This document shows, in pieces, positions 1 to 10,024 of a DNA stretch of 64,000 nucleotides. A model generated the notes under the pieces. That model did no database searches, was not told where the DNA came from, and saw only the letters and a program-made list of their open reading frames with translations. The stretch is taken from the NCBI GenBank assembly GCA_963796965.1, contig CAWCNS010000002.1, positions 240,289-304,288 on the forward strand, given 5' to 3'. Source of the DNA: Calditrichia bacterium. GTDB taxonomy: Bacteria > Calditrichota > Calditrichia > JAJRVZ01. Positions within the stretch are counted from its first letter, which is position 1; every line of letters begins with the position of its first letter. Position numbers and translations under genes: made by a program.

Positions 1-196
1 CCCGGGGCTTTTACAAACCAAATATCATCATCCGGTTGAAAGGATTTTTCAATGTAGTTTAAAAGAGAAGTATGTTTTTTTAATACGGAATGTTTAGAGA
101 AAAATTCTTTGTCAATTTCCGCACACTTTCGATGTATCATCCTATCCTTATAAAGTTATAATCTCATCAATTTATGATCGCAAAAGTTTATTCTGC

Positions 197-1306
197 TTAA
201 ATTCTTATAAATATTTTTCTTTTATACATCCAGAATGTGATGTACCATAAACAAAACCACACAACAAATCCTGTAATTATCTCAGCAGTTAAAATTCCCA
301 TCCATGTAAACAGTCCCATGGTAAATGGTTTGACAATGGTATGGATAAATTTAGCGCCACCTACATGAGCAAAAAGATAAATGAATAACGGATTCATACC
401 AACAATGATCATGGGTTTTGCCCAATTCTGATATTTTTTGATATCGATCAGCCAGTAGCAGAGCGCTAATACCAGTAGAGTCCAGCCACCACTATATATA
501 ACAAAAGAGGATGTACTGATTCGTTTGATGATTGGTGTGACGTAGTCCAATGCATACCCACAGAGCACCCCTATAAGACCGGCAATAATCAAGACTTTTA
601 ACTTTTGCCGCGCAGGACGGTTCGTCATTAGGAATTGCCCTGTGATCACACCCCAGATGGTGTGTGCAGCCGTCGGGAAAGCATTAAAGTTAACCCAATG
701 GCCTCCCGATAATTCACCTGAAACCAACATGTCAAACCAGGCCCCAAAATTTTTGTCCGGTGTGAATGGCTGATCAAAACCAACCACTGGAAAACTACGG
801 TAGATAAACTCCACAGCAATCAAGATCAGGATTGAAATTATAAACTGTGTTTTCCAGGGCTGTCTCATCAGCAGAAAAGCAATAATATAAGTGACACTCA
901 GCTGGGCAAGAACATTTTGAAAGCGAAATGTAATATATCCCGGACCAATACAATACAACGCCCAACCTAAAATGAGCAAGATAATAGATCTTTTTATCGC
1001 GTGTTTTCGGATATCGGAATAGCTATCGCCACGTGCAGTTCGCTTACTTACTGAGAACGGTATTGCCACACCAACAATAAACATAAAAAAAGGCTGAATC
1101 AGGTCCCAAAACCTAAAACCATGCCAGGGATGATGATCAAATTGTTCACCAATAAAATGAATAACGGTACCTTGAAGATTTGGATCGATCATGGTCTTAA
1201 ATAGGATTGTCCCCTCTGCAATGAGCAGAAACATTGTAAAACCACGAAAAAAGTCCAGAGAGATCAATCTGTTTTCATCTTCCACGGCATTATTATTATT
1301 TACCAT
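197..1306 (-). CDS. DUF5009 / heparan-alpha-glucosaminide N-acetyltransferase-like membrane acyltransferase
   Basis: Motifs RLISLDFFRG, DLIQPFFMFIVG and PIIKRISTSSFV; about 10 hydrophobic segments. Confidence 0.85.
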   Translation of the reverse strand: MVNNNNAVEDENRLISLDFFRGFTMFLLIAEGTILFKTMIDPNLQGTVIHFIGEQFDHHPWHGFRFWDLIQPFFMFIVGVAIPFSVSKRTARGDSYSDIRKHAIKRSIILLILGWALYCIGPGYITFRFQNVLAQLSVTYIIAFLLMRQPWKTQFIISILILIAVEFIYRSFPVVGFDQPFTPDKNFGAWFDMLVSGELSGGHWVNFNAFPTAAHTIWGVITGQFLMTNRPARQKLKVLIIAGLIGVLCGYALDYVTPIIKRISTSSFVIYSGGWTLLVLALCYWLIDIKKYQNWAKPMIIVGMNPLFIYLFAHVGGAKFIHTIVKPFTMGLFTWMGILTAEIITGFVVWFCLWYITFWMYKRKIFIRI

Positions 1307-1346
1307 ATATCTCCCTTAAATTCTACTAATGAAAAACTTTCATTTT

Positions 1347-2036
1347 CTATCTGTCTAACACACTTATAATTTCAGAAAGTGAATCGACAATTATATCTGC
1401 ATTCTTCAACCTGCTCATGCTGAAATACTCATTTTTCAGGGCAATACAAAAAAGATTATTTGATTTTGCACTGAGAATCCCCGCTTCAGAATCTTCAATG
1501 GCCAGGCAATTCTCTTTCTTCTCACCAAGCATAGATAGTGCTGTACGATATAAATCAGGTGCGGGCTTTTTTTCCGCCACTTCATCCCCGCTGACAGAAA
1601 TACTAAAAATATCTTTAAAATTTAAAGGGTAATTTCCATTTTGAGTGAGATTTGCCAGAATTACATCTACCTGCTCTCTAACCGAGGAAGATGCTAATGC
1701 TACCCGAACACCTTTTTTCTGACAGAATTCAATCAATTCAATCAATCCTTCTAATGGCTCTAATTCCCTCTGGTTTATCAATTCAAGATAAATCCGGTCT
1801 CTGGCATTTACACCCTCGCTAATCTCAAGAGGATTATTGGTAAGATACATATCATTAATGGTTTGAATGTTATGATCAATGGAGTATCCTACCAGGTTGT
1901 CTATAAATTTATCAGTATAGGAAACATTTAACTGGTTTAAAAATATCCGGAAGGCCTCTACATGTATAGGTTCGCTATCAACGATTACCCCATCCATATC
2001 AAAGATTATTGCTTTCAAATTAACAGGTAAAGACAT
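1347..2036 (-). CDS. HAD-superfamily phosphatase (beta-phosphoglucomutase-like)
   Basis: FDMDGVIVDSE motif I, ASSS, KKPAPD, IEDS. Confidence 0.9.
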   Translation of the reverse strand: MSLPVNLKAIIFDMDGVIVDSEPIHVEAFRIFLNQLNVSYTDKFIDNLVGYSIDHNIQTINDMYLTNNPLEISEGVNARDRIYLELINQRELEPLEGLIELIEFCQKKGVRVALASSSVREQVDVILANLTQNGNYPLNFKDIFSISVSGDEVAEKKPAPDLYRTALSMLGEKKENCLAIEDSEAGILSAKSNNLFCIALKNEYFSMSRLKNADIIVDSLSEIISVLDR

Positions 2037-2378
2037 TTTTATATCTTTCTAATAAATATATTTATATGAGAGACGGTTTCATGAGTCGTAAATTTTGGAT
2101 TTGTGGTTCCCCCCTAAGTGAGGGCTTAAGACCTGTGTACATCTCTTCATTTTGGTATTACAATAATTTAAGACCGGATTAAATATATACCAATTGAAAT
2201 TCTTGTTACTTATAAGATAAATAGGCAGTCATACAACATGTGAGCCCTTTGTAGGGGCCACTTTTGTTTATGGCATTGATCACAACACCCTTTTATTTTG
2301 TTCATAAGTTAAATAATGATTACTTTTTGCCATATTAAAGAGGGAAATCAATAAATCTTTAACAATACACTTAATTCC

Positions 2379-3035
2379 ATGTGGAAGCTAAGAATACTCA
2401 TTTATATTGCATTTATTTTTTACGGTCTTTCTCAATCGGAAGAGGCCATCGCCCAAGTAAGGTCTCTGGATATTATGGGAGGGTTTGTCTACAATATTAA
2501 TTCCCCCCTCCTGATTCTCCAGGAAGGAAGAGATAACCTTATCCTAAATGCAGATTATGAAACCAAATCCTTTGAAAAAATCCCCTATTTTGTAATCCGA
2601 CTGAATTATAAAACAAGTAATATTCTCCTTGAACTTCAATATATACACCACAAAATAAATCTGACCAATACGAGCAGTGAGATCCAAGATTTTGAGATCT
2701 CAGACGGATTTAATATTATTTCTATCAATTACCGCTTAATGACAAAATATCTCGATTTTCGATTTGGGCTGGGAGCAGCAATAACCTATTGCAAATCAAC
2801 GATACGTGGATATAATTATTCTCCAACAGGTGGGGTATTCAATAGCGGTTACTATATCGCCGGGCCGGTTTTGCTTTTCGGAGTGAATAAAGAATTTGAT
2901 CTATCAAAACATTTCTACCTGAATGCCGAGGCTCAATTTACATCCGCCTGGGTATTAGTTCCAGTGGCAGCGGGATATGGGTATGTATCTAATTTTGCCC
3001 TACACTTGATGTTAGGTCTGGGCTATACGTTTTAA
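2379..3035 (+). CDS. Putative small outer-membrane beta-barrel protein
   Basis: Signal peptide, alternating hydrophobic strands, C-terminal GLGYTF. Confidence 0.6.
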   Translation: MWKLRILIYIAFIFYGLSQSEEAIAQVRSLDIMGGFVYNINSPLLILQEGRDNLILNADYETKSFEKIPYFVIRLNYKTSNILLELQYIHHKINLTNTSSEIQDFEISDGFNIISINYRLMTKYLDFRFGLGAAITYCKSTIRGYNYSPTGGVFNSGYYIAGPVLLFGVNKEFDLSKHFYLNAEAQFTSAWVLVPVAAGYGYVSNFALHLMLGLGYTF

Positions 3036-3474
3036 AAATCCTCTCGCAAAAACGCAGATTTTTTCCACGAATTACACAAATTTCGACGAATTTCACGAAT
3101 TGTTTTATTAGAATTTAAATGATTCTATGTTCTTAATGTGCAGTTTGTACCACCTGCAGTTTGTAATCCTAAAACAATTACGATCTTTATTTACAGATAA
3201 ATATTGTTGATTTTATAAAACATAAACAAGTAAAGTATTAGTTAAATCTTTTAACTTTAAACATACAAGCCGGCGAAGCACACGAAGAATTCTTTAGAAT
3301 TTTTTCTTCGTGCTCTTCCTCCGAAGGAGTCCCTTCGGGAATGAACTTCTGCCATAGGCATCCCTTCGGGAGTGGTAAATATTATTTAATTTCTAAATCT
3401 GAACGGACAAAAGTCGTTGCCCATTCGAAAGGTAAACTCAAGATAAATTTTTGTAGAATAAAATCAGTGTTTAT

Positions 3475-5040
3475 CTATAAATCCTTATACTGTTTTTTTA
3501 GCTCCTGCAGCCTTTTTTTCAACTCCAGGATTTTTTCTTCATAATCAGGATTATTATAGAGATTATTCATTTCATTGGGATCTTCCTGGAGATCATATAA
3601 TTCCCAATCATCGATATCATTATAAAAATGTATAAGTTTATAGCGGTCCGTGCGTATACCATAATGTCTTTTTACATCATGCCAGCCATGAGGATATTCA
3701 TAGTAATGATAATAAACGGCGTCTCTCCAGGAATTCGCTTTATTGTTGAAAATAGGTAAAAGTGATAATCCCTGCATTTCGTCAGGAATATCAAGTCCCG
3801 CCAATTCAAGAAACGTGGACGCAAAGTCCAGATTCATAACTAATTTATCTGAAGCAACCCCAGCGGGAATGACATTCGGGTAGCGAATTAGCAATGGCGT
3901 ACCAAAAGACTCTTCATACATAAATCTTTTATCATACCAGCCATGTTCACCCAGGTAAAATCCCTGGTCAGATGTATAAACAACGATTGTATTTTCCGCT
4001 AATCCTGATTCATCAAGATAATCGAGTATCCGTCCAATATTCTCGTCTACTGAGACAATACACCGCAGGTAGTCCTTAATATAACGTTGATACTTCCACT
4101 CGGCGAGTGCCCTACCGGATAACTTTTTCTTACGAAAATCCTCTATTAAGGGTCTATAATGTTTATCCCATTCAGATCTTTGTTTTTTGGTCAATCGCCC
4201 GTAGATACCCTTCCAACCTTCACGCGGATCGAAACCGGCTTTTCCCCCGGAATCACTATCATTCTCATCAGAAATATCCATTTTAAGGTCATATGAATTC
4301 CATAGTTTTGCAATTTGCATATCCTGTTCCCTTGCCGCATCAGAACGGGTTTTATAATCATCGAAAAAAGTCTCTGGCAGAGGGAATTCTTTGTCTTTGA
4401 ACAAGGGAAGATGTTTAAGATCGGGCATCCAGTTGCGGTGCGGTGCTTTATGATAAAGCAACATACAAAAGGGTTTCTTTTTATCTCTTCTTTCTAATGT
4501 CTGTATGGCATAGTCTGTAATTATATTGGTGGCATAACCCTCAACCTGAAGCGTATCCCCCATTTCAATAAAAGTTGGATTATAGTATTGCCCCTGTCCG
4601 GGTAGAATATTCCAGTAATCAAAATCGCTGGGGATTGATTTCAGATGCCATTTCCCTACAATTGCCGTAAAATATCCCGCCTTCCTGAAGAAATCCCGGA
4701 AAGGTTGTTTGGTTCGGGATTAAATACATCGCGGTTATCCCGCAATCCATTTAAGATGGCTATATTTCCCGGTAAGGATCACTGCCCTGCTGGGTGCACA
4801 TATGGAATTGGTAACAAATGCATTTTCAAACGCGATACCCTCTGAGGCAATTCTGTCAATATTTGGTGTCTGTATTAACCTATTGCTATAATGGCTTATA
4901 GCCGCTTTTGCATGATCATCAGACATAATCAGAAGTATATTGGGGCGTGAATCCTTACATGAATTCAAGACTATTAACAGTATTGTTAGTGTCAAGAATA
5001 TAAAAAACTTCTTCGTACTGAGACTCATATGATCCCTCAC
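3475..5040 (-). CDS. Cys-type sulfatase (frameshifted at about 4600-4750)
   Basis: N-terminal ORF has [11 protein letters not shown] and [12 protein letters not shown]-terminal ORF has [16 protein letters not shown] and WELYDL. Confidence 0.9.
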
Positions 5041-5229
5041 TGTTAAGAATTTAAATTGTCTGAATTAGAAGCTTAGATATTTCTTACGCCATATTTCCAT
5101 TAGTGTTAATTAACCAGGCCCGAATGTTAAAATAATTCCCAATGATTCAATACTAAAATCTATATATTTTGAATTTGGAAATTGGATATTCAATTGACAT
5201 TGAGATTATGTCATTTAACATTAGCTGTT

Positions 5230-5254
5230 GGAACCTTTTCAGTCATTCAGCGTA
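5230..5254 (+). promoter_or_regulatory. Putative ECF-sigma promoter upstream of the PDZ gene
   Basis: GGAAC-N16-CGTA. Confidence 0.5.
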
Positions 5255-5332
5255 TAATTTTCTTCAATATATCTTTCAAAATCTGCCAAAAATAATCTAC
5301 TTATGCAATCATTTAAATAGGGAGGATTCTCT

Positions 5333-6320
5333 ATGAAGTTTTTTACATTATTTTTAGCCTTAATATTGGTTTTTTCATTTGGTTCAAATTTATTTGCTGC
5401 AGATGAGAAAAAAATTGAAAAGAAAATTCTGGTAAAAACTACCGAGAAAAAAGTCAGGTTTGGGAGTCGTTGTTTCAACTACAGCAAAGGGAGACATAGA
5501 AAAAGCTGATGAAGAAGGTGCAAAAATTTTAGAAGTTTTTAAAGGAAGCGAAGCTGATGCGATTGGTCTTAAAAAAGGCGATATAATCGTTGAATTAAAT
5601 GGTAAAAAAATTACACGACCATCTGATCTAATGGATCAAATGAATGAGACAGAAGAGGGTGAAAAAATAAATCTGAAAATCGTAAGAGATGGTAAGGAAT
5701 ATTCTTTTAAAGCCACTTTAAAGCCATTCCAGGGAAACGGCTATGCTTTTCATTCGGAGGATATGGATAATGATGTCATGTTCAACATGGTCAAAGCACC
5801 CCATGGAGGAGATTATACCCATTTTTTCCGCACTGGTGATGCACAATCCGTTCATAAAAAAGGCGGTTATCTTGGCGTCCAGGTTAAGGGTTTGTCCGAG
5901 CAATTACAGAAATATTTTGAAGTTCAGAATGGCGTACTAATTGAAGAAGTGATGAAGGATTCTCCGGCAGAGAAAGCAGGCTTAAAAGCAGGCGATGTCA
6001 TTACTTCTATCAATGATCGCAGAATTGAAGATGCTGAAGATCTGATCAGGACAATCAATTATTTTAATCCTGAAGAAGAAGTTGAGGTAGTTTTTAATCG
6101 TAAAGGTGATAAAAAGGAAGTAAATGCCGTTTTAGATAAGAAACCTGGATTTTCCTGGACGGCAATGAAAGCTATGGGCCCTAAAAAAATTGAATGGATC
6201 GATGAAGCAGATCCGGATGCTGTCATTATAAAAGAGGGCGGTCCATTAAAGACCATTGAAATAAAAAGAGGAGATGGTGATGAACTGATAGAGATTTCGG
6301 AGGAAATACTTATTTTTTAA
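5333..6320 (+). CDS. Secreted tandem-PDZ protein without a protease domain (frameshift at about 5459)
   Basis: GGAGG RBS, ATG at 5333 and signal peptide MKFFTLFLAL; two PDZ domains (GSEADAIGLKKGDII; GYLGV...SPAEKAGLKAGDVI). Confidence 0.85.
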
Positions 6321-6386
6321 CGCCATCGTCAAACATCAACATGTGAAGTATAACATTATAATCTTTATTTCTCATATTATATAAAG

Positions 6387-6429
6387 AAAAAGGCTGAACT
6401 TTGTATGCACAGAATTCAGCCTTTTTTTT
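6387..6429. terminator. Bidirectional intrinsic terminator
   Basis: aaaaaggctgaa...ttcagcctttttttt between convergent genes. Confidence 0.8.
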
Positions 6430-6460
6430 ATTTCTCCTTAAAATATTTTTGTATGAAGAT

Positions 6461-6859
6461 CTATTTTGTAACAAGAGTAAAGGGAATATATGTAATGGAT
6501 TTTACCCGTTTTCCATTAATGAAAGCCGGATCAAATCTTGTTCTCTTAGCCGCATCCAGGGCTGCAAGATCTAATGATGAGGTAATATTGGACTTCTTTA
6601 TTAACACATTACTTTCATCACTGGAATAAAGTGACATTTCTATTGTATCATGGAGTCCTTTATATATATTGGCCTCTATCACAAATCCCTTTTCATTAAT
6701 GACAACTTCCACAATCACTTTACCCGATAATTTTTTTTCGATGGCATCATGAGGGTATATCACTGGTACATTTTTTAATATTACCGGTTTAATGTTTACA
6801 TCTTTCAGCTCATAAATCTCTGGTCTCTCAATCCAGAGTTCCTCATGCCACGGTTCCAT
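6461..6859 (-). CDS. TonB C-terminal domain protein
   Basis: YPHDAIEKKLSGKVIVEVVINEKG...LDLAALDAAKRTRFDPA...GKRV; no TM anchor visible. Confidence 0.75.
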   Translation of the reverse strand: MEPWHEELWIERPEIYELKDVNIKPVILKNVPVIYPHDAIEKKLSGKVIVEVVINEKGFVIEANIYKGLHDTIEMSLYSSDESNVLIKKSNITSSLDLAALDAAKRTRFDPAFINGKRVKSITYIPFTLVTK

Positions 6860-7250
6860 TACCTATAAATCTCCCTATTTTTCTTTTTATATTCGGATAT
6901 TTTCAATTGAAACTTATCTTTTTTATTAAAAGTTCCTTTATTAAGTCTAAATGATTCAACACAGAGGGCCTAAAGCAATTAAGAATTAATAATTCCGAAT
7001 TAAGAATGCATGCAAACAAATGGAAAATGGTCAATACCATTAATGAAATAGAAACATTTCTAAACAATATTACTTAGTTTTAAGTGCTTCTTTATCTAAT
7101 CCGTGTTTCTCCGTGTCATCGGTGGTTAATTTTTTCTTTTTATACCAACTCCATCCCTTTATGGGTGGCAAATATTTTATTAATGCTCATATTTGAAAGG
7201 CCAGGTATGTATATATTTTTATTTTTTATTCTTTTTCTTCAAAATACATG

Positions 7251-7277
7251 CTAACTTTTTACAAATAGATATGTCTA
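7251..7277 (+). promoter_or_regulatory. Putative autoregulatory ECF promoter
   Basis: CTAAC-N16-TGTCTA just upstream of the sigma gene RBS (AGAGGAG). Confidence 0.4.
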
Positions 7278-7300
7278 TAATTTCAGAGGAGTAAAAATAG

Positions 7301-7861
7301 GTGAAGACCGACGATATGCTGATAGATGAAATTAAAAATGGCCAACAAGCATCTTATGATGAACTCATGCAGCGACATCAAAGCCATGTCTACAACATTG
7401 CTTATAATTTTACCCGTTCCTCAGACGATGCAATGGATTTGTCACAAACAATTTTTTTAAAGGCTTATGAAAACCTGGGGAAGTTCCGACGTGAAAGTCA
7501 ATTTAAAACCTGGCTTATGCGGATCACTTATAATGAAGGGCAAAATTGGTTACGAAAGAATAAGAAAAATGTCCTTCACGAGGATATTGACACGTCTAAT
7601 GATGGATCATTTAGTATTAGTCCATCACAGGAGGATGAATTTCTTGCGTCTGAGAACAAAGCCCTTCTGATACGTTGTTTGTATGAATTGAACACAAAAT
7701 ATCGTCTGGCCGTAATTCTGAAGTATTTCGAGAATTATTCAATAAAAGAAATATCTGAAACGTTGAATTGTAGTGAAGGCGTTGTAAAAAATATGTTATT
7801 TAGAAGTCTGCAAAAATTGAGATCTGAAATTGGATCAAGAAATAATGGAGTCACTCCATGA
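7301..7861 (+). CDS. ECF-family RNA polymerase sigma factor
   Basis: Region 2 (DAMDLSQTIFLKAY, FKTWLMRI) and region 4 (SIKEISETLNCSEGVVKNMLFR). Confidence 0.92.
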   Translation: MKTDDMLIDEIKNGQQASYDELMQRHQSHVYNIAYNFTRSSDDAMDLSQTIFLKAYENLGKFRRESQFKTWLMRITYNEGQNWLRKNKKNVLHEDIDTSNDGSFSISPSQEDEFLASENKALLIRCLYELNTKYRLAVILKYFENYSIKEISETLNCSEGVVKNMLFRSLQKLRSEIGSRNNGVTP

Positions 7862-8799
7862 ATATCGAGCAAAGAATAGAAGAATTAGTAATAAAATTAC
7901 AGTCCGGTGAAATAGACATTGCGGAACGGGAAGAACTAGATAAGTATCTTAATCAATATCCTGCCTACAAGGATATCTATGAGATACATAAGTTATTAAG
8001 TGAATCAACTCAATTTATACCAGAACCGGAAACCGAACAATTCACCCAAATGCGGGCGGCAGTAATGCGCAAAATAAGACTATCTAAAAAGCATTCACCC
8101 GGAAGTTTCGAGCAGTTTTTTCTGAAAATCCGAGAATTTGCATTGCGTCCGGAAATGGCGGTCGCTGCCTTGACATTAATTATTGGGTTCCTCTTAGGTA
8201 GAGCCCTGCCCCCCGATGCAAATTCTCTCCCAACCAATATCATATCTCAAATTACGACATTGGCGAAAGGGAACACCAAACTAGATGACATAAAAAAATC
8301 ACCATACCTTTATACCAATGTTTCATTTAAGGAAGTCGATGAAAATAGTATTGCTCTCAGTTTTGATGTTACCACACATCTGGATATGGTTAGTGAAAAA
8401 GAAGATCCTTTGGTTCGTGATGTCATTGCACAATCATTAGTTAATCCTTCAAATTTGGGTTCTGAATTAAAAGCCATCTCTTACTCTGAGGGGGTTTTTG
8501 ACCGGAAGATAAAGGAAGCATTAATCTATTCCATGAATCATACACCAATCCTAGCCGTACGCCTTAAGGCGATGAATAATTTACAGGACTATAAAAATGA
8601 TCCCGAAGTGCAAGAAGCATTTTTAGGTGTGTTAAAAGATGAAGAATCGGTTAAAATGCGGTTAATGGCAATTGATTATCTCACAGAAAGTCAAACTAAA
8701 GCAGATACCCTTAAAAAGATAATTTCCGAATCCACTGTTCCGCAAAATCCAGCTATTATGATAAAGGTCAAAAATTATAAAAACAAAGAAGAATTATAA
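7858..8799 (+). CDS. Putative anti-sigma factor, single TM with C-terminal HEAT-like repeats
   Basis: ATGA overlap with the sigma gene; TM at about aa 99-115; AVRLKAM and KMRLMAIDYL HEAT-like motifs. Confidence 0.7.
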   Translation: MNIEQRIEELVIKLQSGEIDIAEREELDKYLNQYPAYKDIYEIHKLLSESTQFIPEPETEQFTQMRAAVMRKIRLSKKHSPGSFEQFFLKIREFALRPEMAVAALTLIIGFLLGRALPPDANSLPTNIISQITTLAKGNTKLDDIKKSPYLYTNVSFKEVDENSIALSFDVTTHLDMVSEKEDPLVRDVIAQSLVNPSNLGSELKAISYSEGVFDRKIKEALIYSMNHTPILAVRLKAMNNLQDYKNDPEVQEAFLGVLKDEESVKMRLMAIDYLTESQTKADTLKKIISESTVPQNPAIMIKVKNYKNKEEL

Positions 8800-8821
8800 A
8801 TTAGTAGAAAGGAAGTCTCAA

Positions 8822-9943
8822 ATGAAAAAAATATGTGTATTCAGTTTGCTCCTCATTCTGCCGTTAATACTAATAGCCCAAAACAATGTAAAACGAACAT
8901 TTGAAACCACTCCAGGCAAGAGACTAGAGGTGGATCTTACCACAGGAGGATCAATCGAAATTAAAGGTTGGGATAAAAACGAGGTCTCTATCGCTGCTGA
9001 TCTTCGTGGTGACGAGGAAGATTATAATCTCGAATTCAAAGAACGATCATGGGGAATCTCCGTCGAAATATCCTTTGAAGGGCGAAGAAGTAGCAATGGT
9101 GGCGTCTCCATAGAAGTCCAGGTACCTAAAAACTATAATTTAGAGCTAGAAACGATGGGTGGTGAAATTAACATTGATGGCGTGGAGGGAGAATTTTCAG
9201 GTGAAACCATGGGGGGAGAGATTCGACTCTCTAATCTTAAAGGTACAGCCAATTTAACAACGATGGGTGGTGAAATCGAGGTATCAGATTCTGAATTGGA
9301 TGGGCAGGTAAAAACCATGGGTGGCGAAATAACCCTAAACGATGTTATTGGAGATTTGAATGCTTCTACAATGGGAGGCGAAGTAACTTACCGTAACAAA
9401 AAGAAGCAGGATAACCGGAAAAATGCCAAGGAATTGACAATTTCGACAATGGGTGGTGAAATAAATGTTGACGATGCTCCAGGCGGTGCCAATGTCAGTA
9501 CTATGGGGGGAGAAATAAGAATCCGCCGCGCACGGAAATACGTAAAAGCTAAAACCATGGGTGGTGAAATTAAGATAGATGAAATCGACGGAGGTGTAAA
9601 AGCCACGACAATGGGGGGTGAGATAAGGGTCAATATGGTAGGTAATCCTGATGAATATGACCGTGATGTGGTTCTCTCTTCCATGGGCGGAGATATTGAA
9701 CTTACTGTACCCGAAGGCCTGTCAATGGATTTTGATATTAAATTGACGATTACCCGAAGATCATCAGATAAATATAAAATCATCAGCGACTTCCCCATAA
9801 ACATTGAAGAGTCAGATGACTGGGACCGTTCAGAAGGCTCGGCGCGAAGATATATCTATGGCACCGGAAAAGTTAAAGACGGCAAAAATCGTATTCGTAT
9901 TGATACGATCAATGGTGATATTATTATTAAGAAAGGACGATGA
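8822..9943 (+). CDS. DUF4097-type beta-solenoid secreted protein
   Basis: Signal peptide; ten [TS]MGG[ED][IV] repeats, mostly at an 18-aa period. Confidence 0.85.
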   Translation: MKKICVFSLLLILPLILIAQNNVKRTFETTPGKRLEVDLTTGGSIEIKGWDKNEVSIAADLRGDEEDYNLEFKERSWGISVEISFEGRRSSNGGVSIEVQVPKNYNLELETMGGEINIDGVEGEFSGETMGGEIRLSNLKGTANLTTMGGEIEVSDSELDGQVKTMGGEITLNDVIGDLNASTMGGEVTYRNKKKQDNRKNAKELTISTMGGEINVDDAPGGANVSTMGGEIRIRRARKYVKAKTMGGEIKIDEIDGGVKATTMGGEIRVNMVGNPDEYDRDVVLSSMGGDIELTVPEGLSMDFDIKLTITRRSSDKYKIISDFPINIEESDDWDRSEGSARRYIYGTGKVKDGKNRIRIDTINGDIIIKKGR

Positions 9944-10024
9944 CCGTAAAGCGTAGAGGGTGAAGCGTAGAGCGTTTTTCTAAGTCGATTATCGCTCTTC
10001 GCTTTACGCTCTACAGTTTTTGAT

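Noticed and set aside
9150..9700. Regularly spaced atgggtggtgaaat repeats as a CRISPR array
   Set aside because: The repeats are short, vary at synonymous positions and encode the TMGGEI protein repeat; no cas genes are present.
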